Positions 59,528 through 64,000 of a stretch of 64,000 bases of DNA are shown piece after piece. Positions within the stretch are counted from its first letter, which is position 1. Each line of letters starts with the position of its first letter. Origin of the DNA: a virus; the IMG/VR virus record IMGVR_UViG_3300033120_001036, positions 792 to 64,791 of that record. The stretch is one strand, 5' to 3'. The position numbers and the translations under genes are program-made. Under the pieces are notes generated by a model. That model searched no databases, was not told where the DNA came from, and saw nothing but the letters and a program-made list of their open reading frames with translations.

Positions 59528-59870
59528 TATTAAGTGTTATTTTGAAACCTTCATATTCACCATCTTTAAACACTTCACATTTGAAAGTATTTGGTGTTAT
59601 GATATTAAATTTAGTGATAACACCCTTTACATTCATCATAAATGTTGCATTAGAATAAGATATTTTGAAACCACCTTCATCATTATCATCTCTTATGAAA
59701 TACAATGCAGATATTTGTTTCTCTTCAGAATTGACACCAATTTTCCATCTTTGACCCTTTTCTAATCCAAATTCAGATGCAAGTTTTTGCTTAAATCTTA
59801 AGCTACTTGTTTTACCAATAGAAACCTCATTTTTAACAAGCTTTTGATTACTATAAAATTCTATTTTCAT
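59505..59870 (-). CDS. Hypothetical protein
   Basis: 121-aa ORF. Confidence 0.7.
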   Translation of the reverse strand: MKIEFYSNQKLVKNEVSIGKTSSLRFKQKLASEFGLEKGQRWKIGVNSEEKQISALYFIRDDNDEGGFKISYSNATFMMNVKGVITKFNIITPNTFKCEVFKDGEYEGFKITLNSDDIRKV

Positions 59871-59981
59871 ACTTTTATCTTAAATAGTTTTCTAAAAAAT
59901 ACCTTTAATTTATGTAGTTAATAACCATTCTTACTTGTAGAATTACTAAATAGAAATGTATTTCTTTCAATATGTCTCCAA

Positions 59982-60164
59982 CTACAAAAATAGCATACGT
60001 CGCGTATTTATTATTGGTATAAATGACGCTATATACATTTCTTTCATACTCAAACCATAGTCTGACAACCATTCTTCCATGTCTTCTTCAAAATGAATAG
60101 ATCCAAATATTGAGACACTTAGAGATATAAGGTAGATTGTAAACAGTGTTTCTCCTAATGGCAT
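59982..60164 (-). CDS. Small membrane protein, possibly frameshift-truncated
   Basis: Two hydrophobic segments; a plausible continuation exists in another frame to about 59906. Confidence 0.5.
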   Translation of the reverse strand: MPLGETLFTIYLISLSVSIFGSIHFEEDMEEWLSDYGLSMKEMYIASFIPIINTRRMLFL

Positions 60165-60168
60165 AGTT

Positions 60169-60375
60169 TTATCTGATTTGTTGTATTTCGTCTAATGTTT
60201 CAATAAGAAACTTTAATTGCTTATCGTTAAACTGAAGTTTATTGTCGTTCAATGGTGCATCGATACAAGTAAACTTTGATTCAAGCTTATCTTTAATGGC
60301 TTCGTTTACTTTGCTATTTGCTTTGAATCCTTCTATTTTTAATAGTAATTTTACTATCAATTTATTTTTCTTCAT
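60169..60375 (-). CDS. Hypothetical protein
   Basis: 68-aa ORF. Confidence 0.6.
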   Translation of the reverse strand: MKKNKLIVKLLLKIEGFKANSKVNEAIKDKLESKFTCIDAPLNDNKLQFNDKQLKFLIETLDEIQQIR

Positions 60376-60381
60376 TATTTT

Positions 60382-60561
60382 TTATTCAAACGTTCTTCTA
60401 ATTCCAAAATCTAAACAATCAACTATCTTAAATGAAAATTTATCTTCTATCTGTTTTTTAACTTTAGAAGTTCTTGAAGATTTTGAGTCTACATGTTCGT
60501 GATATTTATTCCCATTTACATCAATAGCCCAAAATTCAAAATTAAATTTACCTTTCTTCAT
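60382..60561 (-). CDS. Hypothetical protein (59 aa), not in ORF track
   Basis: MKKGKFNFEFWAIDVNG...GIRRTFE*; follows the promoter at 60570. Confidence 0.6.
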   Translation of the reverse strand: MKKGKFNFEFWAIDVNGNKYHEHVDSKSSRTSKVKKQIEDKFSFKIVDCLDFGIRRTFE

Positions 60562-60569
60562 AATTTTTG

Positions 60570-60595
60570 CTAAAGTAATATATTTTTCTTAAGAA
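60570..60595 (-). promoter_or_regulatory. Promoter (TACTTTAG) with TTCTTAAGAA palindrome
   Basis: Palindrome at 60586-60595. Confidence 0.6.
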
Positions 60596-60607
60596 AAAAC
60601 TTTTTAA

Positions 60608-60925
60608 TTATTTTTTTGGCTTAAATGGTTCTGAAACTGAAAATATAAGACGCTTACCCTTCATTATGTTTATCTTCCACTCGCGAACTATTGGATCTCC
60701 AATATACATACATTTTGGAGACCTCTTTAATGTAATCTTAGAATCCATATTTTTCAATAACCAATTGTTGAATAATGTTATGTATTTGCCTAAAGAATCT
60801 GTATCCTTTGAATTGTGAAATATCTCTAATTTTGTTTCAAGATCAATTTCCCATCTACTTCTGTAAGCATAAATCCTTTTTAATAATTGGAAACCTGCTT
60901 TATTGCTAAAAAATAACATTCTCAT
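60608..60925 (-). CDS. Hypothetical protein
   Basis: ATGA-coupled to the GIY-YIG gene. Confidence 0.6.
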   Translation of the reverse strand: MRMLFFSNKAGFQLLKRIYAYRSRWEIDLETKLEIFHNSKDTDSLGKYITLFNNWLLKNMDSKITLKRSPKCMYIGDPIVREWKINIMKGKRLIFSVSEPFKPKK

Positions 60926-61503
60926 AATTTAAAGTTTTTTATTTCTCCATAGTTACCAGATATGGAATATGTTGAGTTTAAGTGAATAAATGTATTTTTA
61001 TCACATATTGGTAATAAATAGTAATCTCCATTTAGATTAATTAAGTACATATTGACTCCGTTAATAACTCTTTTACAGAAAGTATTTTTCAAAAGATTGT
61101 ATTTTTCAGAAGTTTTTATTAATTCATTTACTTCGCAATCTTTATTTACTATTGTTGTAGATTTTGTTTTTCTTTCTTTAATGTAATTTATTTTTTCTTC
61201 TAACAATAAAGCTTTTTCTCTTTTCATAAGAGCTTCATCGTTGTACATTCTATTATATAGTGGTTTAAATTTCTTGATATACTGTTTCTCAAAAAGCAAA
61301 CCCTCTTCTTTCGTTTCAAATTCAATAGTATAAAATCTATCGAACATTTTGTCTGCTTTATGTGCTGCTAATCTGAAGTGTATATTGTTTGTGAAACCCA
61401 CATATACAATTTCATCTTCATGAATCAAAAAATAAACTACTGGAACACATAACTCAACTTGTTTAGAAAGTCTAATTATGTCTGATTTATAGTATTCGCG
61501 CAT
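60922..61503 (-). CDS. GIY-YIG family nuclease
   Basis: VVYFL....IVYVGFT.....R...H, E...I....P.YN. Confidence 0.85.
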   Translation of the reverse strand: MREYYKSDIIRLSKQVELCVPVVYFLIHEDEIVYVGFTNNIHFRLAAHKADKMFDRFYTIEFETKEEGLLFEKQYIKKFKPLYNRMYNDEALMKREKALLLEEKINYIKERKTKSTTIVNKDCEVNELIKTSEKYNLLKNTFCKRVINGVNMYLINLNGDYYLLPICDKNTFIHLNSTYSISGNYGEIKNFKL

Positions 61504-61872
61504 ATTATTTGCATTTTCATTGTAAAATTACAATAGATTTACAAATATACAAACTTAATTAATAATGGGAACCTCAAAGAAGCTCCCTTATTTTACCTAT
61601 AGATAATAAACCCAAAAATCCATAATTTGAAATATTTAACTAAAAACATAAAAATTGGTGTTCTACAAATCGTCTCTAATGAATTATTTTTCAATTAACG
61701 ATATAATACTCATCTTTTTTAAAACAATGTATCCTGATTAAAGTCTACCACACTCGTGTCAATTTTAACACATTATATTAGTTTAGAAATCATTAATTGG
61801 TCAATATATATCAAAATTTTGACTAGTATCTTATTTACAGCTTTGTAATCTCTTTCTTGAAATGTAACCTTA

Positions 61873-62007
61873 TTAAGGCTTGGCTCTTGACATTTGGTTG
61901 TCTTCCATTTCTAAGGCTATTGTATGTAAAATATCAGCAGCCTTTATTTCTTCGCCTTGTATCAAATTGACAAGGTTTGAATAACTTAAATCGTCTATGT
62001 ATTCCAT
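61873..62007 (-). CDS. Short hypothetical cassette gene (MEYIDD...), possibly truncated
   Basis: The ORF track start at 62073 lies inside the repeat; ATG at 62007 is more plausible. Confidence 0.4.
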   Translation of the reverse strand: MEYIDDLSYSNLVNLIQGEEIKAADILHTIALEMEDNQMSRAKP

Positions 62008-62034
62008 TTTTATTTTGATTTGAGAAGAAGGGCA

Positions 62035-62168
62035 GCCGCTAACAAGTGCTATACAATATGGCGGCTGACGCACTTCGATTAAACATTTATTTTAAATTCA
62101 ACTTTGGTTCTTTGTGTGGGGCTTTCTGCTGAAAAACCGCCACATCGTATAGCACCGATACGTTATAC
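62035..62168 (+). repeat. attC-like recombination site 1
   Basis: GCCGCTAAC-AA-GTGCTATACAATATGGCGG ... CCGCCACATCGTATAGCAC-CGATAC-GTTATAC. Confidence 0.75.
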
Positions 62169-62694
62169 GCAATATTATTTTTTTTGCCAACGCTTCAAAG
62201 ACAATTTGAGTTGGTAAAAGTTTCTGACAAACATAAGCACTTGCATAAGGTGGATTTGTGTCTGTTCCTGTAATATCGTATGACTTCATATATTTTACCC
62301 TTGTATTGAAATACATAATTTCAGGAGGGTTATTTTTAAAAAGCTCAAACCTTTCTTTGCTTCCTAATATCCCCTCAATTCCAACAAGCATTGCAAAAGG
62401 TTTTCCAATCTCAAATAGCTTTTTAAAAACCTGTGTTTTACAACTGTATGGTGGATTTGAAATAATGTAATCACATTCAGGAGTAGGTATTTCAAAAAAA
62501 TCCCCATTCTCGTCAATATGAGTTCTTATCACTTTGCAACCGTGCTTTTCAAGTTCAGTTACAAACCTACTCTTCGGTGGGTCAAATGGACACCATACAG
62601 TAGTTCCTTTCTTTATGTATTTCAATAAAGGCGTTATTGAGTATTCGTGTGTGTAATACTCGTCATTTGTTCCGTTAATTAAATCTTGTTTCAT
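62098..62694 (-). CDS. N6-adenine DNA methyltransferase-like protein
   Basis: DEYYT, WCPFD, GDFF and ISNPPYS motifs; C-terminus reads into the attC-like repeat. Confidence 0.8.
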   Translation of the reverse strand: MKQDLINGTNDEYYTHEYSITPLLKYIKKGTTVWCPFDPPKSRFVTELEKHGCKVIRTHIDENGDFFEIPTPECDYIISNPPYSCKTQVFKKLFEIGKPFAMLVGIEGILGSKERFELFKNNPPEIMYFNTRVKYMKSYDITGTDTNPPYASAYVCQKLLPTQIVFEALAKKIILRITYRCYTMWRFFSRKPHTKNQS

Positions 62695-62780
62695 TCTATT
62701 TTAAATTAAGTTATTGCCAACGCTCAAAAAAAAAATAAAAACCTTGCTTTAGTGCTAAATTGAGATTTCGTACTCCCCTT

Positions 62781-62816
62781 GCCCGCACTTCGGCAAGCTG
62801 CTATAACGTTAGTGGC
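62781..62816 (+). repeat. attC-like site 2, right arm only
   Basis: cccgcacttcggcaagctgc-tataac-GTTAGTGGC; the left arm is missing. Confidence 0.55.
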
Positions 62817-62820
62817 AAGG

Positions 62821-63090
62821 CTAAACCAAACCACTATCCAACACTTTGAAATCAATCCAATGTCTATAATCATCTGAATCGACCCAAATTTCTAACTCAA
62901 CTTGATACATTTTGCCACTTTCTATATTTTCAATCAGTTCAGGTAAATTACTATCTTCTTTCTTAAATAGAAATTCATCAAGCATTTGCCAATTAGGCAA
63001 CCATCCATTTATGAAAATAGAATTTGGGTCAACGATATAATCATCATCAAGATTAATCATTTCAAAAGTAAGTTTTGTTCTTTCTGCCAT
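62821..63090 (-). CDS. Acidic hypothetical protein within a complete cassette
   Basis: Bounded by GTTAGTGGC (62808) and GCCACTAAC (63115). Confidence 0.75.
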   Translation of the reverse strand: MAERTKLTFEMINLDDDYIVDPNSIFINGWLPNWQMLDEFLFKKEDSNLPELIENIESGKMYQVELEIWVDSDDYRHWIDFKVLDSGLV

Positions 63091-63114
63091 TGTATTGATT
63101 TTGTGAAAAGCCCA

Positions 63115-63248
63115 GCCACTAACAGCGTGTATAAAAAATGGCGGGTTCTCGGTTTAATTTAAAGTTTTGTAATTCTAATTAAGTTATTCGGTTTCTAAAA
63201 GTTTCGGTTTCAAATTCCGCCACTTCTTATACACGCAAAACGTTAGCC
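63115..63248 (+). repeat. attC-like recombination site 3
   Basis: GCCACTAAC-A-GCGTGTATAAAAAATGGCGG ... CCGCCACTTCTTATACACGC-AAAAC-GTTAGCC. Confidence 0.8.
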
Positions 63249-63488
63249 GTTATTTCTACCACCCTTCACATCAGACGGCGTGAGAAGTGCGCCTAAACGA
63301 ATTTTATAAACATCATTCTCATAAGGCTCTTGAAACTTTAATCTTTTCAAAGTGTGATAAAAAGACGATGGAATAATTTCTTCATTATCCTTGCAAAGAG
63401 AAACCAGAGAACCATAATATTTATGTTCGCCGGTCTCTTTTATTTCTAAATGCAAAACTTTACGACTATTCTTCTTCTTCATCTGCAT
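63243..63488 (-). CDS. Hypothetical protein whose stop codon lies in the attC-like core
   Basis: TAA is the reverse complement of the TTA in GTTAGCC. Confidence 0.7.
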   Translation of the reverse strand: MQMKKKNSRKVLHLEIKETGEHKYYGSLVSLCKDNEEIIPSSFYHTLKRLKFQEPYENDVYKIRLGALLTPSDVKGGRNNG

Positions 63489-63660
63489 AAAGTTTCTCTA
63501 TATAATATAATTTTTTGTAACCATAACCCGCGTTTTCTGTATTGACAAAATCACGAGCTTCGTCTTCTGTATCAAACGTTGTTAAACATTCATTGTCGTC
63601 ATACGTGTCTTCTTTGTCATAAACTGCAAAGTAAAATTCTTGTTTGTGTTGCTGTTCCAT
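63466..63660 (-). CDS. Acidic hypothetical protein
   Basis: 64 aa with FDTEDEA motif common in small phage early proteins. Confidence 0.65.
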   Translation of the reverse strand: MEQQHKQEFYFAVYDKEDTYDDNECLTTFDTEDEARDFVNTENAGYGYKKLYYIEKLYADEEEE

Positions 63661-63672
63661 TTTAATTTATAT

Positions 63673-63933
63673 TTAATTATTAAAAAATGCTTGCATTTGT
63701 GCTGGTAATCCTTCTGCATCTGAATCAATTTTATTAAATCCGAGTACGCTTGCCATGTATTTAGCAGTAATCTTCCAATCAATTTCTTTTTTATAAAACC
63801 AATCGATAATCTCAATTGAATCATCATTAACTTTTGACAGGCTTTTAGGTATCCAAAATAATTTTTTCCAAAATTCAATTTGAATTGCCTTTTCTGTTTC
63901 TTTTATCAGTTTTGCGTTTTTTAAAGTTACCAT
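63673..63933 (-). CDS. Hypothetical phage protein (ETEKA...WIPKS type)
   Basis: IKETEKAI...FWIPKS motif. Confidence 0.7.
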   Translation of the reverse strand: MVTLKNAKLIKETEKAIQIEFWKKLFWIPKSLSKVNDDSIEIIDWFYKKEIDWKITAKYMASVLGFNKIDSDAEGLPAQMQAFFNN

Positions 63934-63953
63934 TGTTATTTGCTTTTGTTACA

Positions 63954-63984
63954 CAAATATACAACATATTTACAAACTACCAAA
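63954..63984 (-). promoter_or_regulatory. Canonical Bacteroidota sigma-A promoter
   Basis: TTTG (63981-63984), 19-nt spacer, TATATTTG (63954-63961). Confidence 0.75.
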
Positions 63985-64000
63985 CTTTTTTGTAATTATT

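Noticed and set aside
61560-61870. AT-rich non-coding gap as replication origin or genome terminus
   Set aside because: Only a weak hairpin near 61565-61590; no iterons or other positive evidence.
1424-62470. All plus-strand ORFs in the track (e.g. 2370-2696, 41488-41874, 51954-52145, 52327-52557)
   Set aside because: They are antisense shadows of minus-strand genes or of the RNA cluster, with no recognisable motifs.
51240-63260. CRISPR array
   Set aside because: No regularly spaced identical repeats with unique spacers were seen in the non-coding stretches.
63582-63878. 98-aa ORF overlapping two better genes
   Set aside because: Out-of-frame shadow of 63673-63933 and 63466-63660.
1-64000. 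Genome-wide TAG reassignment (alternative genetic code)
   Set aside because: Long genes are intact under the standard code, TAG appears to end genes at 18658 and 62821, and only one clear internal TAG was found.

Overview
This AT-rich window comes from a large lytic myovirus, and essentially all real genes lie on the minus strand. Recurrent TAnnTTTG (-7) promoter boxes suggest a Bacteroidota host. In transcription order (right to left) it carries: small accessory genes with attC-like cassette repeats; terminase, HNH and two TerS-like paralogs; a 1.3-kb cluster of aberrant tRNA-like RNAs; DnaQ exonuclease and portal; a block of modular putative head-cargo proteins (AAA ATPase, MuF, polyprotein, Nudix); protease-scaffold and a Herelleviridae-type major capsid; neck, sheath, tube, chaperones, tape measure, lysozyme-bearing hub, baseplate and fibre; lysis genes; then helicase, primase, DnaE, 5'-3' exonuclease, a DUF6065-like gene and a carbamoyltransferase with an in-frame TAG. 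The strongest leads are (1) a plug-and-play head-cargo system built from a shared leader, [ILVF]-x-K|[GAS] protease sites and shuffled tag modules, (2) tRNA-shaped RNAs, none with a normal anticodon arm, (3) integron-like cassettes with inverted genes, and (4) a palindromic box at a fixed position inside six promoters. All functional calls come from motif recognition by eye; no searches were run.
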